Both the position numbers and the translations under genes were made by a program. The notes under the pieces were generated by a model. That model saw only the letters and a program-made list of their open reading frames with translations, made no database searches and had not been told where the DNA came from. From assembly GCA_005191425.1 (NCBI GenBank), contig SUPR01000028.1:1-32000 (forward strand): a stretch of 32,000 bases of DNA. Reading direction: 5' to 3'. Each line of letters opens with the position of its first letter. The first letter of the stretch is position 1. Shown piece by piece: positions 1 to 9,376 of the stretch. The DNA comes from Candidatus Helarchaeota ASGARD archaeon Hel_GB_B. GTDB taxonomy: Archaea > Asgardarchaeota > Lokiarchaeia > Helarchaeales > HEL-GB-B.

Positions 1-1
1 C

Positions 2-232
2 ATTCTCAAAAAAATGGTCAATTTTCGTGGTAAAAGGTCTGTATCTGCTTGGAATTTAGTTTTATATTTTCATTTTACAATTCGCCAGTTTCCTGATCTG
101 GTCGAAGATGTAGTGGACGAGATGAAAATATGTCCGATTATTGCAAGGAGGTCTGAAAATCTATTCTGGAAGTTATTAAAAAGTGGTGAGAAATTAAAGT
201 CGGAAACTATTTATATAAAAAATTCCAAATAA
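2..232 (+). CDS. 3' end of a hypothetical protein (5'-truncated by the window edge)
   Basis: Frame is open from base 2 (ILKK-MVNF...) to TAA at 230-232; no recognisable motif. Confidence 0.55.
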   Translation: MLKKMVNFRGKRSVSAWNLVLYFHFTIRQFPDLVEDVVDEMKICPIIARRSENLFWKLLKSGEKLKSETIYIKNSK

Positions 233-551
233 TGAAAGCAACGGAAATTAAAAAAACTCAATTTTTATAATATTATATTTTTTTAATTTTATTTTACAGA
301 TCTATTATCTATTTATTTTATTTTATCAAATTTTACTTGATGATTTCTTTTATTTATTATAATTTTTCCAATTGGTATCCATTTAATTTTTATTTATTTT
401 AATGATGTTTCTAACACTTTAGCAAGTATTTCTTTTATTTTTTTATTCAGAGATTTGAATATTTTATTTCATCTTTAAATTATTTTTAATAAAATATCAA
501 TAAAATATAAGAAAAAATTTACCCAATTAATTTATTAGAGGTATCTAAAAA

Positions 552-1520
552 ATGGAATTAAAACTTGGTAAATGCCTACTTTTTGGTAGCATTAATTTGG
601 TTATTTATCTTGTTGCACCGTCAATTATAATTTTTATGATGTCATATTATAAGATTCTACAATTCAGTCCAACTTTTGTTATCTCACTTATGATTATGGG
701 ACTCATTCAATCTGGAATTTCTTATTTTAAAAATCTGTTTCCCTCGGAATCATTAATTTTTAATTTAATAGGTATTGGTACTTCAATTTATTCAGGGATT
801 TACTTTTTTTACATGTTTGGTGGATTTAGCCTTGATAGGACTTTTGGTTATTATCAAGTGAAAACTAGTAATTTGGAAGCAAGTTTTGGTCTGCAATTCT
901 TTGCTTGGTTAATCTTTATTGCTTCCCTTATAAACACAACCTATTATATTATTAAAGGTATTGAAAGTTCTAAAAAGAAAGTTTTTTTTGTCGGCAAAAA
1001 AATAAAATTACGAAATATTGCATTAATATCAATAATTTTTATCTATCTAATTATTGGAGCATTTATTGCAAGTATAATTATAAGCGGAACAAGATTATCA
1101 TTTAATTTAAAGGATGAATATACTTATACATGGGATACTGGATCTAACCCTTTTTCTCATGATGATGATAGAATCCAAATTATTACATATTTTGATGTTC
1201 CGAATTTGGGAATTTATTCTGTAAAAAAGATACATCTTAATATTGACATTTACACTGTTAATACAACAGATACCACGCAACTTTTATTACCGGATAATAC
1301 AAAAATCGGAGAAATAAAAGACGTTTACTACCCTGAATTCCCTGCTATGCAAGTTATTTATAACCAAAATCTTACTATTGATATTATCCCTCAATATGTC
1401 CCGGGGCTTATAACTAATAATGCTACATTAAGACTATTTTGCTCTTTACAATGCAGCTATGCTGGAATTATAATTGACCTAAATACGACAATTCATACTA
1501 TTTGGACTGCTTTAGCCTAA
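552..1520 (+). CDS. Hypothetical membrane protein (about 5 N-terminal TM helices plus a beta-rich C-terminal soluble domain)
   Basis: 322 aa; hydrophobic segments in the first ~180 aa; GAGGT SD-like motif upstream. Confidence 0.8.
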   Translation: MELKLGKCLLFGSINLVIYLVAPSIIIFMMSYYKILQFSPTFVISLMIMGLIQSGISYFKNLFPSESLIFNLIGIGTSIYSGIYFFYMFGGFSLDRTFGYYQVKTSNLEASFGLQFFAWLIFIASLINTTYYIIKGIESSKKKVFFVGKKIKLRNIALISIIFIYLIIGAFIASIIISGTRLSFNLKDEYTYTWDTGSNPFSHDDDRIQIITYFDVPNLGIYSVKKIHLNIDIYTVNTTDTTQLLLPDNTKIGEIKDVYYPEFPAMQVIYNQNLTIDIIPQYVPGLITNNATLRLFCSLQCSYAGIIIDLNTTIHTIWTALA

Positions 1521-1717
1521 GTCTAATCCATCCCATTTTTTAATTTTCCTTCACTTTTCAGTTATGATAATATGTAAAAAATTATACTGAATATTACTAA
1601 TAATGATATTACGAATATCACGTCAGATATTTCTGATTTCTCCATTTTTACCTTTTGATTTATTCAATCAAAAATTATTTTAATCTTTCTGTCATTTGTT
1701 TTACTGGTGATTTTAAT

Positions 1718-1963
1718 TTGAACAAAAAAAATAAAGGACTTATTTTTTTGTTGATTGGAGTATCCCTAGTAATTTTTCCAGCAGTAATAGCAACTCTAAC
1801 ATTATTTGGATTGGTTGAGCCAATTATTTTTCCTCCTACTGGGAAACCACTCGATTTAATGCCATTCATAAATGTTTTAGGCTGGTTTCTTATGCTCCTA
1901 ATCATTCTTTATACCGGCTCGCGTATTGTAGATTGGTCTATAAAATATTTGCGAAGTGATTAA
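1718..1963 (+). CDS. Small 2-TM membrane protein, paralogous to the downstream ORF
   Basis: Probable TTG start at 1718 with GGTGA at 1706-1710 (the ORF track starts at 1655). The motif PLDL..IN......IILYTGSR....SIK is shared with 1956..2498. Confidence 0.7.
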   Translation: MNKKNKGLIFLLIGVSLVIFPAVIATLTLFGLVEPIIFPPTGKPLDLMPFINVLGWFLMLLIILYTGSRIVDWSIKYLRSD

Positions 1964-2498
1964 AATAAAACGAAATATTTTACCTAAAATTCTATTTATT
2001 ACAGGTATCTTTTGTATTTTAAGCTCGAGCATTTTATTTATTGTTTTAATTTTTAATTATGCAAGTATCCCGCAATTTTTTTATTCTATGGACAACCCTC
2101 AATTGACAGTCATAATAAATATAGTTTTATGGGGAATTCTTTCTGCTTTACTACTTGAAATTGGACTTAATTTTCACCAGAAATCTAAAGATTTTAAAAA
2201 GTTTAATACTGAACCGATAATGTCTGTTAATATTATTGCTTTTATTGGATACATCCTGGTTTTTACGGTTATAACATTTATTATCTTATTTTTATTACAA
2301 ATTATCCCATCAATTAATTATTTTCCCCACCAATTACTATCTGAAGATGCTGTTCCTATTGACCTCTCCAACTTATTTAATTTATTCTTGATCTATTTTA
2401 TGATCAATATTATTTATAGGTCTGGGTCCAGATTATTGGGCCGGTCTATTAAATTATCTCAAATTAATAATAAAATAGTTAATAAAGAGCTTGATTGA
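1956..2498 (+). CDS. 4-TM membrane protein built from two copies of a TM-hairpin unit
   Basis: GTG start overlaps the upstream ORF; four hydrophobic helices; C-terminal PIDL..LFN......IIYRSGSR....SIK. Confidence 0.75.
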   Translation: MIKIKRNILPKILFITGIFCILSSSILFIVLIFNYASIPQFFYSMDNPQLTVIINIVLWGILSALLLEIGLNFHQKSKDFKKFNTEPIMSVNIIAFIGYILVFTVITFIILFLLQIIPSINYFPHQLLSEDAVPIDLSNLFNLFLIYFMINIIYRSGSRLLGRSIKLSQINNKIVNKELD

Positions 2499-4159
2499 AA
2501 TTGAAACGAAATTATAGTATTTCATTAGTACTTTTAATATTTAGCCTTTCTTTACTCATTACGCTTTCTAATATTTCACCTATTGCTGAATCTGGTGAAA
2601 AATATTGGGAGAGCACTCCAATTGTTGAGACACACCATTATCCAGGTCATCTTAGTAATGAAACAAATCTTCTTTGGTTCGTTCAAATAACAGATGTTCA
2701 TATTAACTCTTTTGAAAAAATATTTGGTGTCCAATCTGAATTACTTAGACAAGCTTTAAATGATATTAAAAATTACATAAAACCGTCCTTTATTATTGAT
2801 ACAGGGGACCTTGTTAATGGACTCAATCCATTACCATATCACCAGAACCCGCAACAATGGATGATAAGATATAAAGTCTTACAGGATACTCAAATGAATT
2901 CCTCTTTTTATTATGACCTTGTTGGAAACCATGATGGTTATGGGAACTCAGATAATTTTTCTTATTTTCTTAATTGGTCAATTCAGAAAAAACTACAATA
3001 TACATTCAATAGGTCAATTGGAAATTCAAATTATACCTTTATTGTACTAAATTCAGTCTGGTCTAATGGTGCTGAATGGCCAGATGGGACCAGTGGAGAA
3101 CTTAATACATCTGAACTTGATTGGTTTGAATCTCAATTAATTAAAAACAAAAATTCTAATTTGACTTTTGTCTTTCAACATCACCCATATACAGATGTGG
3201 GTAATTTCACTACTACTACTGGCAAATCTTTTATTGATTTACTTGAAGAATATAATGTTACTGCCGATATTTTCGGACATGGGCATGAAGATCTTGAGTT
3301 AAACCAGGGTGGGACGATTTGTATCGAAACCGGTACTCTCGGTCAAGGTGATAAATCTATTAGAATTTTTGCAATCGATAATGATGGCGTTTCTACAAAA
3401 GTTGGTGTCCTAAATAATTGGCCAATCGCTATGATTACAACTCCAATGGACAGAGACCTAACTCGTACTGCTTATGACATCCCTAATTCATCTAAAAGTG
3501 CCCCGATTCGAGCGATTGTATTTGATAAAAAGCCTATAATTAAAGTCGAATTCAATATCGATAATGGTCCTTGGTATAATCTAACTAATTCACCATTAAT
3601 AAAGCCACTTTGGAACGGCTCGTTTAATCCTTCCACATTATCAAATGGTATACACCACGTTAACTTAAGAGCAATAAGTGAATCCGGGATATCTACTGAT
3701 TCTGTTACAATTTTTATTGGTATTTCTAAAAAACCTGAAATTATTAATGGAAAAATTAAAGATGTTATTAGATATTCTGATGCAGGACCCCTTAGATACG
3801 ACCTTTCAATGTATAAATGGGACAAAGTTGACTCCAACAAACTTCTTAAATGGAATTTATCTAATGTTGACCCGTCATTTTGTAAAGTGCAAATAATTGA
3901 TAATGATACACTTCTTTTTACTCCTAATCCATCAGCAAGTGGGACTAAGTCCATTATAATCACTTTAAATGATACAGCTGGTTATTATACCTCTCAAGTT
4001 ATTCATATCACGCTATTATCGAGGTTCAACTCCAACCTTTTGGTCTTTTTTGTTACAATTCTTGAATTAATTATTGTCCCAATCTCTTTTTTATTAGGGA
4101 TTTTTTGGTATAAACTCTCTAAATTTAATATCTTTAAGAAATCTAAAAAACAGAAATAA
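2495..4159 (+). CDS. Membrane-anchored calcineurin-like metallophosphoesterase with Ig-like C-terminal domains (TMEM62-like)
   Basis: Intact motifs TDVH, TGDLVN, GNHD, QHHP, GHGH; N-terminal signal/TM segment; C-terminal TM plus basic tail; start overlaps the upstream stop (TTGA). Confidence 0.88.
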   Translation: MKLKRNYSISLVLLIFSLSLLITLSNISPIAESGEKYWESTPIVETHHYPGHLSNETNLLWFVQITDVHINSFEKIFGVQSELLRQALNDIKNYIKPSFIIDTGDLVNGLNPLPYHQNPQQWMIRYKVLQDTQMNSSFYYDLVGNHDGYGNSDNFSYFLNWSIQKKLQYTFNRSIGNSNYTFIVLNSVWSNGAEWPDGTSGELNTSELDWFESQLIKNKNSNLTFVFQHHPYTDVGNFTTTTGKSFIDLLEEYNVTADIFGHGHEDLELNQGGTICIETGTLGQGDKSIRIFAIDNDGVSTKVGVLNNWPIAMITTPMDRDLTRTAYDIPNSSKSAPIRAIVFDKKPIIKVEFNIDNGPWYNLTNSPLIKPLWNGSFNPSTLSNGIHHVNLRAISESGISTDSVTIFIGISKKPEIINGKIKDVIRYSDAGPLRYDLSMYKWDKVDSNKLLKWNLSNVDPSFCKVQIIDNDTLLFTPNPSASGTKSIIITLNDTAGYYTSQVIHITLLSRFNSNLLVFFVTILELIIVPISFLLGIFWYKLSKFNIFKKSKKQK

Positions 4160-4160
4160 A

Positions 4161-4200
4161 TTTTAATTATTTTTACCTATTTTTTATTATTTTTTCATTT
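4161..4200 (+). terminator. T-rich tract after the metallophosphoesterase gene (archaeal-type terminator candidate)
   Basis: Several T4-T6 runs immediately after the stop codon; weak evidence in such AT-rich DNA. Confidence 0.3.
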
Positions 4201-4539
4201 ATAAATAAAAAGTTATAAACTTAATCAAAATATTGATAATTAGTACCTATAGATAGCTTAATTATTTTTATATTTTTATTTATTTGTTTTTTTATGGCTA
4301 AATTCTTAATGTATTTGCGCTATATTTTTTTAGACTTTTTATATATTTTATCAACATATTTATTTTGATTTGTTAATCTATAAACTTCTTTTTACTCTAT
4401 GGTCTATTGTATTTTGGTTAATTTATGACAATATATTTTTATTTTTTTATTAACCACAATATAATCTTTATCCCTTTTTATTCCCCTATTTCTTTTTAAA
4501 ATTGAAAAAAATTAAAAAATTTGAAAATATTTTTGATTT

Positions 4540-4953
4540 TTACTCAAATTCTAAATCTAATTCTTCTGCTACTATTTCTATTAAGGCTCTTAGTTTCATG
4601 GCTTTAGCCATTTCACCTATGATTTTTAAGTCGCCTTGCATATAAGCGCTTGCGGCATCAGTTTCTCCAGTAAACATACCTTTTGCAGTTTCTTCGTTCA
4701 TCTGTAATGTGACATCTGGATCATCAATTTCACCTTCACCTGTAGTTAATTTATGATCCTCAATCTTTATCCAAGCTTTAATTGATTCCCCGGCATCAAA
4801 CTGAATCTTAACATCATCAGAGTCTTCTAATTCATCTTGAAGGTCTTCACTGCTAGCTGCTAACTCTTCTAGTGCACCTAAAAATATAGGTAAGCTTTTT
4901 GCTTCAAAATTTCCTTCTTCAATTAATTTTTTAACTTCATCTACTTTACCCAT
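4540..4953 (-). CDS. SCP2 sterol/acyl-CoA-binding domain protein, copy 1
   Basis: PDVTLQM...GMFTGETDAASAYMQGDLKIIGEMAKAMKL is the SCP2 signature; GAGGT SD upstream. Confidence 0.9.
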   Translation of the reverse strand: MGKVDEVKKLIEEGNFEAKSLPIFLGALEELAASSEDLQDELEDSDDVKIQFDAGESIKAWIKIEDHKLTTGEGEIDDPDVTLQMNEETAKGMFTGETDAASAYMQGDLKIIGEMAKAMKLRALIEIVAEELDLEFE

Positions 4954-5011
4954 ATTAAATACCTCATTATATCTTATTTTTTTAGAGGGTTCCTTTTTTG
5001 AAATTACTTAT

Positions 5012-5033
5012 ATTCGCATTAAATCACGCGAAT
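5012..5033. promoter_or_regulatory. Inverted repeat ATTCGC-N10-GCGAAT, candidate operator upstream of SCP2 copy 1
   Basis: Perfect 6-bp arms, CG-containing in very AT-rich DNA, about 60-80 bp upstream of the start codon. Confidence 0.3.
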
Positions 5034-5499
5034 TTAAAAATTTTAGATTAATATTTTAGTAATTTATTCCAAAAGGACATATAAAGATTCATAATATAAT
5101 TTAAAAATTTTTCTTACTTGAGAAAAATACAAGTATAATTATAAATTTTTTAAGGGGAGTTTTAGTAATGAGAGAAAATAAATAAAAGGAAAGAAATATA
5201 GACTTAATAAATGTGTAATGATATAAAAATAATTCAAATTAGAATGTCATTTTAAAAAATTGATCTTGAATAAATAGAATTAAGATAGAAATTTTATAGT
5301 TATTTTAGAAATTGTCAGTAGATTATTATAATAAAATAAGAGGAAAATTTCAAAATATAAAAGGAAACTTTTTAATTTTATATTGCTAAAAACATCATTT
5401 GAAGGATTTAATACATTCAAAATAAAAAGAAAGAAATAACATGATAATAAAATAAATAAAAAAAAGGAGAATATTATTATTTATAGAAAATCATCGAGA

Positions 5500-5913
5500 T
5501 TATTCTAATTCGAGATCTAATTCTTCTGCGACAATTTCGATGAGAGCTCGTAATTTCATAGCCTTGGCCATTTCACCGATAATTTTGAGATCTCCTTGCA
5601 TATAAGCGCTTGCAGCATCAGTTTCGCCAGTAAACATACCTTTACCAGTTTCTTCAGTCATTTGAAGAGTAACATCAGGATCATCAATTTCTCCTTCACC
5701 AGCAGTAAGTTTATGATCTTCTATTTTTATCCAAGCTTTAATTGTATCAATTACATCGAATTGAATTTTAACATCATCGGTGTCTTCAAGCTCATCTTGT
5801 AGATCTTCACTTGTTTCTGCTAGCTCTTGTAGTGCGCCCAAGAAGACTGGGAGATTCTTAGCTTCAAAAGCGCCATCTTCAATTAATTTTTTTACTTCAT
5901 CAATTTTACTCAT
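5500..5913 (-). CDS. SCP2 sterol/acyl-CoA-binding domain protein, copy 2
   Basis: 119/137 residues identical to copy 1 by manual alignment; GAGGT SD upstream. Confidence 0.9.
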   Translation of the reverse strand: MSKIDEVKKLIEDGAFEAKNLPVFLGALQELAETSEDLQDELEDTDDVKIQFDVIDTIKAWIKIEDHKLTAGEGEIDDPDVTLQMTEETGKGMFTGETDAASAYMQGDLKIIGEMAKAMKLRALIEIVAEELDLELE

Positions 5914-6125
5914 AAATCTAACCTCTATTTGGTCATTTAGTAGATCAAATTATTCTATTACTACAAGGAAGTTTATTTTTGTATATTAAGTATATTTACA
6001 AATATAGAATATATTAATAATTAAAAACTTCCGAATTTTATGTATATCATAAAAATTATGTTTAGTTATAAAGATTTTTCTTAACATAAAAAAGTTTAAA
6101 AAATAATTATTAAAGGAAAAAAGTT

Positions 6126-6160
6126 TTAATTAAAACCTGTAGAAGAGACGGGTTAATTAA
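6126..6160. promoter_or_regulatory. Imperfect inverted repeat in the divergent SCP2 copy 2 / copy 3 intergenic region
   Basis: TTAATTAA-AA-CCTGT-AGAAGAG-ACGGG-TTAATTAA can pair as 13 bp with a 2-nt bulge. Confidence 0.3.
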
Positions 6161-6438
6161 AGTCCACAAAAAATATAAAATGGCATGGTAAATAATAATA
6201 TAAATAAAATGAAGTGGAAAATTTAAAAAAAAACCATCAGCAGGATTGTAGTAGAATAAAATTTTGGATAAAGAAAAAAATTATTAAGAAAGAAAGAAAA
6301 AGAGCGAAAAAAATAAAAAGAAAAAATAATAAGAGTTAAATACAGAAATACAGAAATATTGAAATTAAATAAGAAAATTAATCAGAAAATTAATTTAGAA
6401 TTAGTAAAATATTGGTAAAAAAAAGGAAGTATTAAATA

Positions 6439-6852
6439 ATGGCTGTTGAAACAATAAAAACGAAGGTAGAAAGAGGAGAATTTGAAGCAAAGGATTTTGG
6501 GATATATTTAATGGCAATAAAGGAGTTGGCAATAAAAGATAACGAAGTTAGAGAAATATTAAGAGAAATGCCTGATTTTGTGATACAATTTTCGATTTTT
6601 GGGGCGATAGATGTATATTTACAATTAAAAAATGGAAATTTAGAAGTGGTAGAGGGAGTAATAGAAAACCCAGCAATAAAATTTGAGATGACAGATGTAG
6701 TAGCGACAGGGATAATAAAAAATGAAATAGATCCAATATCGGCATATTTATCTGGAGATATAAAAATAAATGGGGAAACTGTATTAGCGATGAAATTAAA
6801 GCCAATAATTGAGAAATATAATAAGATATTGGGGTTTAAAGTTATAACTTAA
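6439..6852 (+). CDS. SCP2 domain protein, divergent copy 3
   Basis: GEFEAK, IQF and IDPISAYLSGDIKINGETVLAMKL align with copies 1 and 2; also 137 aa. Confidence 0.88.
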   Translation: MAVETIKTKVERGEFEAKDFGIYLMAIKELAIKDNEVREILREMPDFVIQFSIFGAIDVYLQLKNGNLEVVEGVIENPAIKFEMTDVVATGIIKNEIDPISAYLSGDIKINGETVLAMKLKPIIEKYNKILGFKVIT

Positions 6853-7486
6853 AAAAGGCTTATAACCGAATCATGTAGAATTAGAATGGTGTAGTTTATA
6901 ATCGTAGATAAAATTATAGAATGTTTTCTGAAATATCTTTATTCTGTTAATTTTTTCGCTAAAATCGCAATCAGAACTTTGATCAGTGGACATAATAATA
7001 TTTAGCGTAAGAAGATATAAAAAGACCACAATAACAGAAGAAATGCGAGAATTAAAACGCCAAATTTTTAAAGGATGAGGACGAGAAAAAATGATGATAC
7101 ATAAGATGTAAGGTTAAAAGTAATAAAATACAGTGGGATAAGTCTTAAAATAGTCAAAAATAAAAATAATAAAAAGTAGATAAAAAATAAAATTACCCGA
7201 CTGAAATCAAGAGAATTATAAAATAATTTTAATAAGAAAAATAAAGAAAAAAAAAATTAAAATATTAAAAATGGGTTTGTAAATATCCTTAAGTCTGACG
7301 TTATTAAAATTACCAAATAAAATATTCAAAAAAAAAGTTAATAGAGTTAAAAAAAAATAATAATAATTGCAAAAAGCTATTCATTTTAAAAGAGGAATAA
7401 TGAAGGTTTAATTTAAAGGTCAATGGAATTAAATTTTTAAAGACATATTTTCCATTTTTTATAATAAAATATGTCGGAGTAAAATA

Positions 7487-8680
7487 ATGGAAGAAAAACC
7501 CGAAAGATTAAAGATTATGGAATATGAAGTTGAAAAAAAAGATTTTAAAGCAATATTTTCAAGTAATATAATTGAACCGATAATTAAATTTATTGAGAAG
7601 ACAAAAATATATAAAATATTTTCACGAGTACCAAAAATAGTATATTATTTTATTGGACGAGGTTTTAGTTGGGAATTTTTTGGTGAATATAAAAAAGAAA
7701 TGGTCAAAACAACAAGGAAAATTATGGGAAAATTAGTAAATAGAAAATATAGAGAAAAAACAGTTGAAGAGAGAGATTGGGTTATAAATGAAATAGTTTA
7801 CCATAATACAGTCTATATGACGGAACTATTTTTAGAAATAATTATATTATTACCATATTTTTGCCACGTGAGAGATATAGACAGATTTTTTAAAATTAAA
7901 GGACTTGATTATTTAGATAATGCATTGAAGAAAGAAAGAGGAGTAATATTAATCTCTGGGCATATTGGAAATTATTTATTTATGTGTTGTTATTTAGCAT
8001 TAAAAGGTTATAAAATAAACTTTATTTTAGAATACAGGTCATTCAGAGGTATTTTGAAATTATTAAAGAATTGTGGAATAAAGTTAATCCCAGTTCCAAG
8101 AATAGAAAACAATAAAATTAGAAACAAAATAAAAAAAATTATAGATAAAGCTTTAGATAATAATGAAATAGTAGTTATTATGCAAGATGCGGGCTTAAGA
8201 CATTATATGTTAATAGATTTTTTTGGTGAACCATGTCATACAGCAACAGGTGCTATATCTTTAGCATTAAAACATGGATCGCCGATTATACCAATTTTCA
8301 TTAGAAGTCAAGCTAAAAAACATGAGTATGAGATATCAATTTATCCTGAATTTAAGATTGAAAGAGAAAACATTAAGAACGATAAAGAAATAATTTATTA
8401 CAATACATATAGATTAAATAAAATACTTGAAGAGAAAATTAGGAGAAATATTATATATTGGAATAATTTAGCAATATATCATATAAGGAAATCGTTTAAA
8501 AAGAAGAACTTATTTGAGCAAAATTCAATTTTAGATAATTTAATCAACGAAATCCAATTTTTTAAAGATTATTTAAAATTTAGTTACGAAGTTAATAGAG
8601 ATGACGAAAAAATAGAAAAAATTTTAGATGAAGCGAATTTTGAATTTAGAAAAATGAAGGACGAACAATCTAAATCATAA
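7487..8680 (+). CDS. Lipid A lauroyl-acyltransferase (LpxL/HtrB/PatA-like) LPLAT family protein, paralog 1
   Basis: GLDYLDNALKKERGVILISGHIGNY and FFGEPCHTATGAISLALKHGSPIIPIF match family blocks. Confidence 0.82.
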   Translation: MEEKPERLKIMEYEVEKKDFKAIFSSNIIEPIIKFIEKTKIYKIFSRVPKIVYYFIGRGFSWEFFGEYKKEMVKTTRKIMGKLVNRKYREKTVEERDWVINEIVYHNTVYMTELFLEIIILLPYFCHVRDIDRFFKIKGLDYLDNALKKERGVILISGHIGNYLFMCCYLALKGYKINFILEYRSFRGILKLLKNCGIKLIPVPRIENNKIRNKIKKIIDKALDNNEIVVIMQDAGLRHYMLIDFFGEPCHTATGAISLALKHGSPIIPIFIRSQAKKHEYEISIYPEFKIERENIKNDKEIIYYNTYRLNKILEEKIRRNIIYWNNLAIYHIRKSFKKKNLFEQNSILDNLINEIQFFKDYLKFSYEVNRDDEKIEKILDEANFEFRKMKDEQSKS

Positions 8681-8803
8681 AATTTTATCTTAGTAATTTG
8701 AAAAACATTAAATTGGTCAAATAAATCCATAAAAATTAAGTTGTATAAAAAATCGATTTCAAAATAAATTTATTTTAAAAGTTTTAAGTCAATATTTCAT
8801 TAT

Positions 8804-9202
8804 ATGAAAAACAAATTAATTAAAGAACAATACAAATTTTTTAAAAGAATTCCACAGGTTAGACCAATAAAAGAGGGAGAAATATTAATAAAAATAGGGA
8901 ATTTACAGTTATTACTTCAATATATTAATGATGAAATAAACATAAATAATGTTAAGGATATAAACAAAGAAGATTTCTGTGTCTTAAAGATCTCAAGGAG
9001 TTCATTTAATTATATATTTAAAGCAAAAGATATAAATGATTATTATTCAAGGTTATTAAATATTGTTTTGTATAAAAAGGATATGAAACTAGAAGTAAAT
9101 GAAAATATTAAGCCAATGCGCAATGCTTTTTTTAAAATTTTAAGTATAAATCGAGGTAAAGGTGGAAAAAACAGATATGAATTGATGGTTGGATATTTAT
9201 AA
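8804..9202 (+). CDS. Hypothetical protein (possibly a highly divergent SCP2-like fold)
   Basis: 132 aa with codon usage like its neighbours; only a weak secondary-structure resemblance to SCP2. Confidence 0.55.
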   Translation: MKNKLIKEQYKFFKRIPQVRPIKEGEILIKIGNLQLLLQYINDEININNVKDINKEDFCVLKISRSSFNYIFKAKDINDYYSRLLNIVLYKKDMKLEVNENIKPMRNAFFKILSINRGKGGKNRYELMVGYL

Positions 9203-9376
9203 CGAATTTTTGTAGATATTTGATAAAAATATGGCATTTAAAAAAGTAATAAATATAATAAAGAAATAACGAAATTTAATAAATAGAAATTTTTTTTATT
9301 CAAATGAAATTAATTGAGTTAAATAAATGAATCATAAAAGTTTTCAATAAAAAATTAGTAATAATGATGAATAAAA

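Noticed and set aside
366-378. ORB-like words (TTCCAATTGGTA at about 367; AGTGGAAA at about 6213)
   Set aside because: Isolated partial matches without G-strings or repetition; insufficient to call origin recognition boxes.
1675-1905. Antisense ORF over the small membrane protein
   Set aside because: Shadow of the + strand gene; no motif.
3472-3963. 163-aa minus-strand ORF and nested 3678..3896 ORF
   Set aside because: Both lie wholly inside the well-supported metallophosphoesterase gene.
5596-5989. Two + strand ORFs over SCP2 copy 2
   Set aside because: Ser/Phe-rich antisense translations of an acidic protein.
6341-6390. Short direct repeats (TACAGAAA x2, AGAAAATTAAT x2)
   Set aside because: Expected by chance in A-rich low-complexity DNA; not CRISPR-like.
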